Below, in pieces: positions 29,501 to 36,997 of a stretch of 64,000 nucleotides of DNA (within the stretch, counting starts at the first letter, position 1; every line of letters starts with the position of its first letter). The position numbers and the translations under genes are program-made. Source of the DNA: Acidobacteriota bacterium (lineage in GTDB: Bacteria > Acidobacteriota > Blastocatellia > Pyrinomonadales > Pyrinomonadaceae); NCBI GenBank assembly GCA_040002755.1, contig JBDUDV010000004.1, positions 4,004-68,003 on the forward strand. The letters run 5' to 3'. A model generated the notes under the pieces. It saw only the letters and a program-made list of their open reading frames with translations. It was not told the DNA's origin and did no database searches.

Positions 29501-30071
29501 TTTGTTCGACCGCGCGACCAGAGAAACGGATATCTCCGTATGTGCCGGATCCACTGTTAACTGAACCCGGAGCTTGCAGGTAGAGCTGCGAGAGTTGGCG
29601 CCCATTGATCGGAAGACCTTCAACCTCGCGCGGATTTACGTTTGCGCCCATCGCCGCCGAACTTGTTTCCAACGTTGCCTCACCCCCGGCCGCAACATTA
29701 ACGGTTGCCGCCAGTGCCGCCGGTTGCGCAACCAGCGTCAGAGCAAACTCCTGGCCGACGAGCACTTCAACATTCGTGGTCTTCGCCGAGAGGTCTTTCG
29801 CGCTGGCTGTTACGGTGTAAGACGAGGGACGAAGCGAGGAGATGATGAAGTAGCCAACCTCATTCGTGGTGGCCGTTCGTTCTTCACCGGTTCGCTCATT
29901 CTTCACAACGATCGTGGCGCCAGGTACCAGGCCCCCGGTGGCATCAGTTACCGTGCCCGCAATTCGCCCCTGATCGGTTTGCGCGTTTGCGACAAGCGGC
30001 GACACAAATAGTGTTGCGAGAGCGATCAGCGCAATCACGATGTGCGGCAATTGGGGGACTCGACTACGCAT
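26520..30071 (-). CDS. TonB-dependent-receptor-like outer-membrane protein with CarboxypepD_reg domain; predicted Pho-regulated
   Basis: Signal peptide 'IVIALIALATLFVSPLVANAQ'. 'GRIAGTVTDATGGLVPGATIVVKNERTGEERTATTNEVGYFIISSLRPSSYTV'. Plug-like 'LPINGRQLSQLYLQAPG'. Barrel ending 'QFALRLNF'. Confidence 0.85.
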   Translation of the reverse strand: MRSRVPQLPHIVIALIALATLFVSPLVANAQTDQGRIAGTVTDATGGLVPGATIVVKNERTGEERTATTNEVGYFIISSLRPSSYTVTASAKDLSAKTTNVEVLVGQEFALTLVAQPAALAATVNVAAGGEATLETSSAAMGANVNPREVEGLPINGRQLSQLYLQAPGSVNSGSGTYGDIRFSGRAVEQNEIRFDGIEGTAIIDTSPGNLNGEIPTPFRLQSSLENVQEFRVDSNNYPAEFGTGTGGQISVVTKSGSNQYHGSLFEYFRNDALDAANFFDNIIGKKSKLRLNQFGGSIGGPIKKDKAFFFFSTEGYRLRGGVNAIEAVPGLASRICAPPLGSGGVTCNAATAALIPAFRAPSVVTLRTGPDLFDTVQLQDSNIVNETSAALRLDLKLNAKHSTYFRFFRDQAFNSQPDGVTGRRIVIRQIPQNGVWALQSILSSTLLNEFKIGYNGAYSRIVANAPTVNGIDLSNLSFNIAGSVAGFALPGQGSNAGVAVPGGLIRANSAQNGRGQPYTPYSVSFIDSLSWTHGNHNIKFGGEIRAIRLYTDRQGGVTYTFSSVNNFLANSLQSTQLLGDLSAPSPFFNGSTGVALAKQTYDIAYAQDEWKIKPGLTLSYGLRYEYYSPLKEANNRQIYFNIDTGVLRNSSENPYHSSKKNFGPRVALTWSPNPTGAGFFSGGNTVLRGGFGIYYGPGQTEDLVQPIESNRISSTLTPPAGTVLSYPQDPALIAANFNNPNIRAYQPRAYANEYTVPEKIYQYGFSLQQQLPYQTIFTAGFVGSQGRNLFLRSVANRILPGQTTILNGTPLPSGFGVINRCNVDPVNGICPGQVVAVTQAVREFSIISGTSTLQQPYAEVDYKTSGGRDSYKALQLSLTRRLSSGVTLNSQYTFAHSFGNTSGSNEARTAANNARAISDYNYDIGDNNFDVRHSFNFSAIYDLPFGKNKKHDFGSVGNAILGDWEIGAIVNARSGLPLEIGIVRPDVVMQCVNPAGCGTLPTGFVAQLAANPLPPGFAAVVNTPGGGASRNVRRPNLVPGVSPYLTNDRLILNPAAFTTPAPGTFGNVPRNFLRGPSFRQFDMIFNKRFKFSETTNLEFRTEVFNLFNRANFDVPGSRLNLALPTVAFAGGVYTVAGANVQPGQPYTQSAAGGPFGLLRQTVVRDVGLGTSRQIQFALRLNF

Positions 30072-30190
30072 AGTATTTCTCCTCGACTTGGAATGACTGC
30101 TGTTTTGTTGAAAATTTCACTCCTCAAGTAAGGAGCGACACGCTGAAGCCGATGCAAATGCTTATTGGTTGCGAACGCAGACTCTATGGG

Positions 30191-30234
30191 AGTGAGGTTA
30201 AGGTGCTGTGAATAGCGCCTTAAATGTTTGTTAA
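30191..30234 (-). promoter_or_regulatory. Pho-box array upstream of the TonB-receptor/wHTH operon: four 11-bp-phased repeats
   Basis: The minus strand reads 'TTAACAaacat TTAAGGcgcta TTCACAgcacc TTAACCtcact', followed by 'ccCATAGAGT'. It ends 120 nt upstream of the ATG at 30071. Confidence 0.55.
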
Positions 30235-30300
30235 TCCCAAGACACTCTAAACAGCCGAAGAGGGTGTGTGAGCGCGGAACAAAGCATGACATCGACTTAG

Positions 30301-30333
30301 TTAACATACTGTTAATGTCGTGGTAACAACGGG
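30301..30333 (+). promoter_or_regulatory. Third Pho-box-like array, oriented rightward: three 11-bp-phased repeats
   Basis: 'TTAACAtactg TTAATGtcgtg GTAACAacggg' with hexamers at 30301, 30312 and 30323. A candidate -10 'TAGGAT' lies 4 nt downstream (30338-30343). The array points toward the 65-aa ORF at 30409. Confidence 0.45.
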
Positions 30334-30408
30334 CGAGTAGGATGCCCTCCACTTTTCTTCTAAAAACTGCTTCGACTGTTCAAGTCTATTTGTTCTTCGG
30401 GTGACGTT

Positions 30409-30606
30409 ATGGCAATTTCACACGAGCTCAGCAGCGAGATCGCCACGGCCCTACTCGCAGCCAAAAACAGCTCTCCGCGCGAATTACAGGACCGAAAAAG
30501 AATCCTTCTGATTATTCACTCCACACTCCAACGATTAACCGAGCGGGAGCGCGAGGCTCACCTTCAATCTCGACCGGCGATAAAGAAGGCGATCGCAGGT
30601 AGATGA
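30409..30606 (+). CDS. Small hypothetical protein (65 aa), possibly Pho-regulated; may instead mark a small RNA
   Basis: This is the only plus-strand ORF downstream of the rightward Pho-box array. The predicted protein 'MAISHELSSEIATALLAAKNSSPRELQDRKRILLIIHSTLQRL...' is helical and charged. I recognise no family, and there is no clear SD. Confidence 0.3.
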   Translation: MAISHELSSEIATALLAAKNSSPRELQDRKRILLIIHSTLQRLTEREREAHLQSRPAIKKAIAGR

Positions 30607-30692
30607 GCAGAATCGGCTGGCACAGTCGTATCTCGACTGGCGCTTCGGTAAAAACGAACTTGATATGTTTTGGGAGAGAGTTCTGAGGAGAA

Positions 30693-31493
30693 CTAGCGCA
30701 GGGCCGCAATCTGACTGTGCTCGATGCCGCCAACCATATTCGCGTCCCAGATAAGCCAATAACGCTTCTTCTTATTTGTCGCCGGCTTTTGCTCTTCGAA
30801 AGCGAGTCGGACGAGGTGGGTCATGAAAACGGTGTTTGCCGCAAGCGGTGAGAGAGTGAAAAAGTAATCTGCTCGCTCGGGAAGATTACACTCGCGGCGC
30901 ATTTGATTGATGTGCGTCTCGCAATCACCGGTCTCGTCAAGAGTCGTCGCATCATTGCTGTCGTCGACAATGTGATCCAGTTCGTGAAGCAGTCCCCACC
31001 CAACGTTAAATGCTTCCAGCGCCCGCTCATCTCCGACTACCTTATCGAAATCCGCGAAGTCAATTTGGACAACGAAGACGGGCCGACTGTTTGCCGCGGT
31101 TGTTTTCCATCTACCCGGAATCACGCGACAAAACGCCACATCTGAACGATTGCTCGCATCTTCAAGCACCACGACGTTGCGGCCGTTGCTTGCATTGGCG
31201 AGTAGTTCCCTGGCGCTCTGAGAGCCGCCGGCAGTTCTATTTCCTGCCAGTCGCAGTATGCCGTCATCGTCAAACTTCAAATCCGTCAGGCCGCTGATCT
31301 TTTGTAGCTTGGTGGCCAACTCTTCGCGACGCGCGACCGAGAGTTCTTCACGACAAACAACGCTGCCGCCATCAACGTTGCCGCGAATTTCGTTCGCTAA
31401 TTGATCGACCGGCGAGAGAAGTAGAACGATGCCGGCAAGCCACGCTGCTCGAGTAATTGAAGAAAAAGATGTCCTGCGTGGTCCGGGTAGCAT
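30693..31493 (-). CDS. Hypothetical secreted protein with HExxH zinc-metallopeptidase-like motif
   Basis: N-terminal signal-like 'RAAWLAGIVLLLSPVDQLA'. A single 'WGLLHELDHIVDD' (HELDH = HExxH). No family recognised. Confidence 0.6.
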   Translation of the reverse strand: MLPGPRRTSFSSITRAAWLAGIVLLLSPVDQLANEIRGNVDGGSVVCREELSVARREELATKLQKISGLTDLKFDDDGILRLAGNRTAGGSQSARELLANASNGRNVVVLEDASNRSDVAFCRVIPGRWKTTAANSRPVFVVQIDFADFDKVVGDERALEAFNVGWGLLHELDHIVDDSNDATTLDETGDCETHINQMRRECNLPERADYFFTLSPLAANTVFMTHLVRLAFEEQKPATNKKKRYWLIWDANMVGGIEHSQIAALR

Positions 31494-31820
31494 TCAGCTT
31501 CCTGTTCGAATGGAACCGGCAAACATGTGTGAATGTCGGTTCAGGTTTTTGATGACTTGTGTTTCGCGCTTGCTTCGCGCTCTGCGCCATTAGGGAAGGC
31601 GCGATGGGGCCGATGTTACCAAAATGTTAACTGTGCGGATAGAAATTTTTTCCACAGGTTCTCACCATCTGAACGTGCGCTGAATGTGGTCTTAACATTC
31701 GCGCGTTTGGGGCTGCGGATCCGCCTCGATTTTTTAAATTCTATTTAATCGTTCGGCTACTTGCCGATAACATCGGCGCGCGAAAGTAGTCGCGAAACTA
31801 TTTTTGGAGGATGACAAGAA

Positions 31821-32009
31821 ATGACGAGACCGACTCCGAAGAACGAACGACGATTTAGAGTGATCTGTATCTCGTGTGGAGTGAAGATCCGGGAAAACGC
31901 GAGCGACGATTCGCATGGAATGTGCCTGCGGTGCTTCTACGCAATGCTGGCTCTGAGACTTCGCACCCAGAAGCGCGTAATAGCAGGCGAGTACGTAAGC
32001 GACCGCTAG
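31821..32009 (+). CDS. Small zinc-ribbon-like protein (62 aa, CxxC...CxxC)
   Basis: ATG is preceded by GGAGG 9-10 nt upstream. 'VICISCGVKIRENASDDSHGMCLRCFY' has two CxxC pairs. The gene is convergent with, and overlaps by 4 nt, the stop of the sixA-like gene. Confidence 0.45.
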   Translation: MTRPTPKNERRFRVICISCGVKIRENASDDSHGMCLRCFYAMLALRLRTQKRVIAGEYVSDR

Positions 32010-32521
32010 TTTAGCGGCGGCGATCTCAAGGTCGCGGCGAGTTCCTTAAGCCTCACGATCCAGTCAAGCGTAGCCTTGCCTTCCTGACCCTTGTTCCAAT
32101 CAGAAGCATCAATATCAATTTTTGCCAGCGTGGCCGTTGACATCTGCGCGGGTTGACCGGTCAGGAGTTGGACCAATTCTTCCAGTCCAGGGTTATGCCC
32201 AACCACAAGAACCGTGCTGACGTCATTCTCAATTTCGGAGACCACTTCCAGCAGTCGCAGCGAGCCCGCCTCGTAGATCCTTTGATCGTAACTTATGTTT
32301 GGTTCTAACTCAGCCGCGGCAAGGACCAGCCCCATTGTCTCCTGTGCGCGCGTTGCCGTTGAACACAAAACCAGATCAAACTTTACGTTCTGTTCTTTGA
32401 TGAACGTGCCGACCGCCTGGGCAGCGCGTCTGCCACGCTCGTTCAACGCACGATTGAGATCATTTGAGAGGGGTTCGGGATTCTCCGATTTGGCGTGCCT
32501 TAAGAGAAAGAGTGTCTTCAT
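32006..32521 (-). CDS. sixA: Histidine phosphatase family protein (SixA-like phosphohistidine phosphatase)
   Basis: 'MKTLFLLRHAKSE' (RHA/G catalytic motif), 'LNERGRRAA', 'VLCSTATRAQETM', 'VVGHNPGLEEL'. I chose the ATG at 32521; the longer ORF-track start runs into an intrinsic terminator. Confidence 0.75.
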   Translation of the reverse strand: MKTLFLLRHAKSENPEPLSNDLNRALNERGRRAAQAVGTFIKEQNVKFDLVLCSTATRAQETMGLVLAAAELEPNISYDQRIYEAGSLRLLEVVSEIENDVSTVLVVGHNPGLEELVQLLTGQPAQMSTATLAKIDIDASDWNKGQEGKATLDWIVRLKELAATLRSPPLN

Positions 32522-32548
32522 AATGGCGGAAATGTTTATCAGATAGAC

Positions 32549-32590
32549 GCAAAAGAAAAAAGCCCTGGTGGAGGTCGGTACCACCAGGGC
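32549..32590 (-). terminator. Canonical intrinsic terminator on the minus strand, 25 nt upstream of the sixA-like start
   Basis: The minus strand reads GCCCTGGTGG-taccgacct-CCACCAGGGC followed by 'ttttttcttttg'. The stem is 10 bp and perfect. Confidence 0.8.
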
Positions 32591-32885
32591 CCCGGTCGTT
32601 TCAGCGGCAAACAGCAACGGGCAACTAAAACTCGCCGCAGTGTTTGTTCAGGCGGGAATACTAACTATCGGCTCAGATCACTTCATTCCAACTGCCTTCT
32701 CCGTTGTGCGTTCCCCCTTAGTCCGCACAACAGGCTACGCGGAGAATGATCCACGAAGGTCACCTGCGAATATCGCGTCGCTTGCGCCATCTGCCGGCAA
32801 TGAGTATCTGGCTCAGGATGGTGAATCCTGAATCCTAATTTGCCGTTACCGGCAGGTTAAATGTTAGTTAAGTGGTGAACTACGG
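32591..32885 (-). ncRNA. Candidate structured non-coding RNA or long leader (family not identified)
   Basis: About 300 nt with no minus-strand ORF of 60 aa or more, ending at the terminator above. Hand-visible helices: GAACTAC-gccc-GTAGTTC (about 32873-32890); CTGCCGG...CCGGCAG enclosing CAGGAT-ggtga-ATCCTG (about 32790-32856, plus-strand notation); TTCTCC...GTTGTGCG-loop-CGCACAAC-GGAGAA (about 32700-32745). A possible promoter is CTAACA-18-TAATAT at about 32893-32922 on the minus strand. Confidence 0.4.
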
Positions 32886-32935
32886 GCGTAGTTCCGATAT
32901 TATTTGCGCAACTCGCGAACTGTTAGGAGACACGA

Positions 32936-33481
32936 ATGGACCAGATGAAACTTGTTTTCCTACATGGCGCTCCGGCAGTTGGAAAGCTGACTGTCGCGCG
33001 CGAGCTCGCCACGCTCACAGACTTTCACTTGTTTCACAATCACCTGACGGTTGATCTGGTCGGCTCACTATTTCCGTTCGGCAGCAAGCCCTTTGTCCTT
33101 CTCCGTGAACAGATTTGGCTGGCCGCGTTTGGCAGGGCTGCAGAAGATAAAGTCTCGCTCATTTTTACGTTCAATCCGGAGCGCACAGTTAGGGGACGCT
33201 TCGTTCAAGACACGGTCGATATTGTCGAAGCTGCGGGCGGGCGAGTTGTTTTCGTGGAACTTAGGTGCGCTGAAGCTGAACTGGAAAGACGTCTCGAGGA
33301 TGCGTCACGCCAGGAATTTGGCAAGCTGGCTTCAGTTGGGCAATATCGATCGCTGCAAGACGCCGGCGCATTTCAATTTCCCAAACTTCCGAGTGAAATA
33401 TCACTCGATACTACGAACACTCCCGCAGCCGCTGCGGCCAAACTGATTTACGAACACATCAACCGGGGTTTACTTCAATAA
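32936..33481 (+). CDS. P-loop kinase/NTPase (AAA_33 / shikimate-kinase-like fold)
   Basis: Walker A 'LHGAPAVGKLTVA' lies at the extreme N-terminus. The size (181 aa) is typical of small-molecule kinases. Confidence 0.6.
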   Translation: MDQMKLVFLHGAPAVGKLTVARELATLTDFHLFHNHLTVDLVGSLFPFGSKPFVLLREQIWLAAFGRAAEDKVSLIFTFNPERTVRGRFVQDTVDIVEAAGGRVVFVELRCAEAELERRLEDASRQEFGKLASVGQYRSLQDAGAFQFPKLPSEISLDTTNTPAAAAAKLIYEHINRGLLQ

Positions 33482-33545
33482 GAACGTAAAGGGACACGGA
33501 TTGACCATGCCCCCAAACGCTAACGCCACCTCGAATGAGTTGTCT

Positions 33546-36500
33546 TCAAAAAGTAAACTTCACAGCCAACTGCAACTGTCTCGGATCGCCGACGCCCTGC
33601 CGCAGGAAGCCGTCGAAATTGAACAGCGCCGCTCCGCTGAGCGGGTTGATTAGGTTCTTGTTATTGAATGTATTGAACATTTCGACGATTGGAATCAGCG
33701 CATAGCGTTCGCCAAATTTGAACGGCCGCTGCAAGCGCCAATCAAACGAGAAGTATTGATTGTCTTTCCTGAGCGTGTTGCGCGCCGGGCTCGCCAGCGT
33801 TCGGTTACCCGATATTGGTTGCGCTGAACGCGCCTGCACCCGGAAGTTACCCTCAAGCCCCCATGGCAATTGCGCAAACGTTATGAAGTTGAACTTGTGG
33901 CGGATGTCGCGATCAGACAAGCCATAGTCGAGCTGAAGATTGAAGATGTTGAGAGAACGATCAGTAAAGGGATCGCGTTCGTTCGAGTCGTCGTCCATGT
34001 CTTTGGAGAGAACGTAGTTCCATTCAAACTGGTAGCCCTTGCTCAAACGCTTTCTCATGCCCACCGTGAAACCGCGATAGAGTGACTTGCCCACGGCGCT
34101 CGTCACGAAGACGTCCCCCAAAGTTGGGAACAAACCAGTCCTTGCATAATTCAAGAAGCGAGTTAGATGAATTCCCTTCGAGTGCGTGAAATCGAAGTAG
34201 AGCGAAAGATCTTTGGCGATCTCATGCTCAAACTGCACATTGGTTGTATAGATGCGCGGGTTGGCGTAGTCCTTACTAAATACTCGCACAGATGAACCAG
34301 GCTGAATCCCGCCACCCGGCGCAACGGGCACGATGTTGGGCCAGGTAGGCCTGGCGGCGCCATTGGAACAGCCGAAACTTGAAGCACATGCGATCCCGTA
34401 TTGCTGGACGCCGTTGTCAGTAATCGAACCGACCTGCGACAACATATTCTGGCGGCCATAAAAAATGCCGTACGTACCTCGCAACACCGACTTCCCTTTG
34501 CCGCCGATGTCCCAGGCGAATCCCACTCGAGGTTGGACTTCTTTCTTCGGGCTGTGCAATGTGCCGTCGGAAGGAAAGTTGGGATTGCTTAGCAACGATC
34601 CATACGCTGTCTGACTGGGAGGAACTATCACCTTCGGGAAAATCTGCGCTTCCCAACGCAGCCCCAAACTCAAGGTGAAGTTTGGACGTACTTGCCATTT
34701 ATCCTGCACAAATAAGCCGAGGTCCTCGTTTTTGACTGTGGACTTGCCCGGCGGCGGAACACCGGGAAGGCCGGTTGAAATTCCGTTTTGCAAATAGAGC
34801 AACAACGGACCACCAGCCAGGGTCGAGCCCACGGGGCAGGGAGTCGGCGCGGTGGTCCAACTGCCGTCCGAGCACCTGAACGCGTTTGGTCCAAAGCCCC
34901 CTGGACCGGCGGGCGACGCGTAACGCAGGAAGCCCGCAGCCGAATCAAACAAATATCGTCCGGTAAAAAATCCGCGAAAGACCTGGTCGTTCAGCGTATG
35001 CACCCACTCGCCGCCAAGTTTGACCGTGTGGTTCCCCGAAATGATCGAGAAGTTATCCTTCACATGCGTTCGCCAGAGAAGTTCGTCGACGGCGGGTTGC
35101 AGGAAAAAAGGATTACCAAACCTAAAACTCGGAGCAAAGCCCACGCCCGTGTCGGCGGGAACACCGGAAGGAGTTGCATTTCGCGGACGGAACTCGCGTG
35201 AGTAGGAAAAGTGTGCTTCGTTTAGCTTTGTCGGCGAAAGCGTCGAGAAAAGATTGAAGTTCAGATTATTAATCTTGGAAGGACCCTCGATGCCGTTTGC
35301 GGAAGTGCCATACGTCGCTACGTCGAATGTCTGGTTGGTGTTCTTCGAGTAATCAAAGTTGTATGAGATTGCCAGTTGATTCGATTTGTTGAGATTGAAG
35401 TCGCCCTTGCCTAACAATGCATAGTTTCTGATTGGATGCTGCACTGGCAGCCCTTCATTCTGTCCGGTCCTGGCCTGAATGAAATTGATCAGCGCCAGAC
35501 GTTGACAGTCAGCGCTGGAGGCGATCAAAGCCTCCTGGGCCGGATTTGTAATAACCGGAGCAGCGACTGGACAAGGCGTGCCAATCGGATCGCTTAGATT
35601 GGCGCGCGTCAGTCGCTCGCGAATGCCTTCGAGCGCGAAAAAGAAAAAGGCCTTGTCCTTCTTGATGGGACCACCGATGGTGCCGCCAAACTGCTCGCGG
35701 CGAAAATCCTTAAGCGGTTTCCCGTCTGAAGTGTGGGCTGTCAACGCTTCGAGACGCTGGAAATGAAATAAACTGCCGTGCACGCTGTTGGTGCCGGATT
35801 TCGTAATTACGTTGATAACACCACCCGCCGTACGTCCGAATTCGGCATTCGCTCCAGTAGCCACCACCTGAAATTCCTTCACGGCTTCTAACGTGATGTC
35901 GATGGCCGCCCGTTGACCGCCCAACTGCTCGCCGAAGAACCCGTTGTTGTAGTCGCCGCCATCAAGGCTGACGTTATTGAACACGCCTCGCTGTCCGGCA
36001 AAAGTTATCTCGTCGCCATCCGGTCCCTGCACCACGCTCGCTCCTGGTGTCAGAGTCAACAAATCCTCAAACTTTCTGCCGAGAATGGGAGTTGTGTTTA
36101 CGGTCGTCTCGTTCAGGGTGGTGCTTGATTCTGTCTTAACAGTATCGACCGTTGGCGTGGCTGTGATTGTCACGGTCTCCTGAACAGAACTAATTTTCAT
36201 CGCGAGCGGAAGGTTCATCGCCTGCCCTACAGTTAGATCCGCCTTTTCCACCACCAGCGTCGCGAAGCCGGTCTTGGCGACAGTAACCGTATACCTGCCC
36301 GACGGTAATTGCGGCGCCACAAATCGCCCTTCATCATCCGTGTTTGTCGTTCGGACGAAGTTGGTATCTATATTTCTAACTTCAACGTCGGCGCCGGGAA
36401 CAGCTGCCCCGTTAGCGTCAAGCACGGTGCCCTGAATCGTGCCGGAAGTAATTTGGGTTTGCGCAGCAACTACTGTGGCAAACAAGCAGGTGACGAACAG

Positions 36501-36557
36501 ACAAATACCCAATCCCTTAGCCCGTTGGGCAAAGGAGCGAAGCAGGGGGTTACGCAT
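33546..36557 (-). CDS. TonB-dependent-receptor-like outer-membrane protein with CarboxypepD_reg domain
   Basis: Signal peptide '...LFVTCLFATVVAAQ'. 'GTIQGTVLDANGAAVPGADVEVRNIDTNFVRTTNTDDEGRFVAPQLPSGRYTV'. Plug-like 'TPILGRKFEDLLTLTPG'. Barrel ending 'QLAVKFTF'. Confidence 0.85.
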   Translation of the reverse strand: MRNPLLRSFAQRAKGLGICLFVTCLFATVVAAQTQITSGTIQGTVLDANGAAVPGADVEVRNIDTNFVRTTNTDDEGRFVAPQLPSGRYTVTVAKTGFATLVVEKADLTVGQAMNLPLAMKISSVQETVTITATPTVDTVKTESSTTLNETTVNTTPILGRKFEDLLTLTPGASVVQGPDGDEITFAGQRGVFNNVSLDGGDYNNGFFGEQLGGQRAAIDITLEAVKEFQVVATGANAEFGRTAGGVINVITKSGTNSVHGSLFHFQRLEALTAHTSDGKPLKDFRREQFGGTIGGPIKKDKAFFFFALEGIRERLTRANLSDPIGTPCPVAAPVITNPAQEALIASSADCQRLALINFIQARTGQNEGLPVQHPIRNYALLGKGDFNLNKSNQLAISYNFDYSKNTNQTFDVATYGTSANGIEGPSKINNLNFNLFSTLSPTKLNEAHFSYSREFRPRNATPSGVPADTGVGFAPSFRFGNPFFLQPAVDELLWRTHVKDNFSIISGNHTVKLGGEWVHTLNDQVFRGFFTGRYLFDSAAGFLRYASPAGPGGFGPNAFRCSDGSWTTAPTPCPVGSTLAGGPLLLYLQNGISTGLPGVPPPGKSTVKNEDLGLFVQDKWQVRPNFTLSLGLRWEAQIFPKVIVPPSQTAYGSLLSNPNFPSDGTLHSPKKEVQPRVGFAWDIGGKGKSVLRGTYGIFYGRQNMLSQVGSITDNGVQQYGIACASSFGCSNGAARPTWPNIVPVAPGGGIQPGSSVRVFSKDYANPRIYTTNVQFEHEIAKDLSLYFDFTHSKGIHLTRFLNYARTGLFPTLGDVFVTSAVGKSLYRGFTVGMRKRLSKGYQFEWNYVLSKDMDDDSNERDPFTDRSLNIFNLQLDYGLSDRDIRHKFNFITFAQLPWGLEGNFRVQARSAQPISGNRTLASPARNTLRKDNQYFSFDWRLQRPFKFGERYALIPIVEMFNTFNNKNLINPLSGAALFNFDGFLRQGVGDPRQLQLAVKFTF

Positions 36558-36643
36558 GATCTTCTCCTGTAGGTTTTTGATCTGAGTCTGTGGTTCAGAT
36601 CGAGTTAAGAACTTTGCCGGAGCTCCGCTTACGAAGTCTGTTC

Positions 36644-36673
36644 ATCTTAGTTAACGCGTCTCAAACGTGTCAA
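36644..36673 (-). promoter_or_regulatory. Candidate sigma-70 promoter for the 33546-36557 receptor gene (TTGACA-18-TAAGAT)
   Basis: On the minus strand, TTGACA lies at 36673-36668 and TAAGAT at 36649-36644. This is about 85 nt upstream of the ATG. Confidence 0.4.
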
Positions 36674-36997
36674 CACTTAGTTCGTTAACGCTACCTGACT
36701 CAGATTTTCCGCACATTTTTCCTGACGAGGCGACTCAATCCCGCAGAGTAGCGGCGTATCCATTTTTTCAGATCGGGACGAAGCGCAAGAGATTGACCGC
36801 CACCAGCAAACCCCGTTTGCTTGCCAGCGAAACCTTTGGTCGGAACCTGCGTACTAACTGGCGCATCGGCATATTGATAACCCGAAACAGGCGCGTCAAC
36901 GACTCGCGGGAATTGGCAACCATCCCGTTTTGGTTTTAGTAAAATCCTTCTCGTGCCATCATCAATTAAATCCAACGATCCTTTAAGGAGCATCTAC

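Noticed and set aside
32549-32925. tmRNA, RNase P RNA, SRP RNA, 6S RNA, or TPP/cobalamin/SAM riboswitch identity for the structured ORF-free region.
   Set aside because: No hallmark motifs are present: no GGAAAGUCC or ACAGAAA, no T-loop/acceptor end with tag ORF, no GGAAGCAGCC, and no CUGAGA...ACCUGAUCUGGAUAAUGCCAGCG or B12 box. It is kept only as an unclassified candidate.
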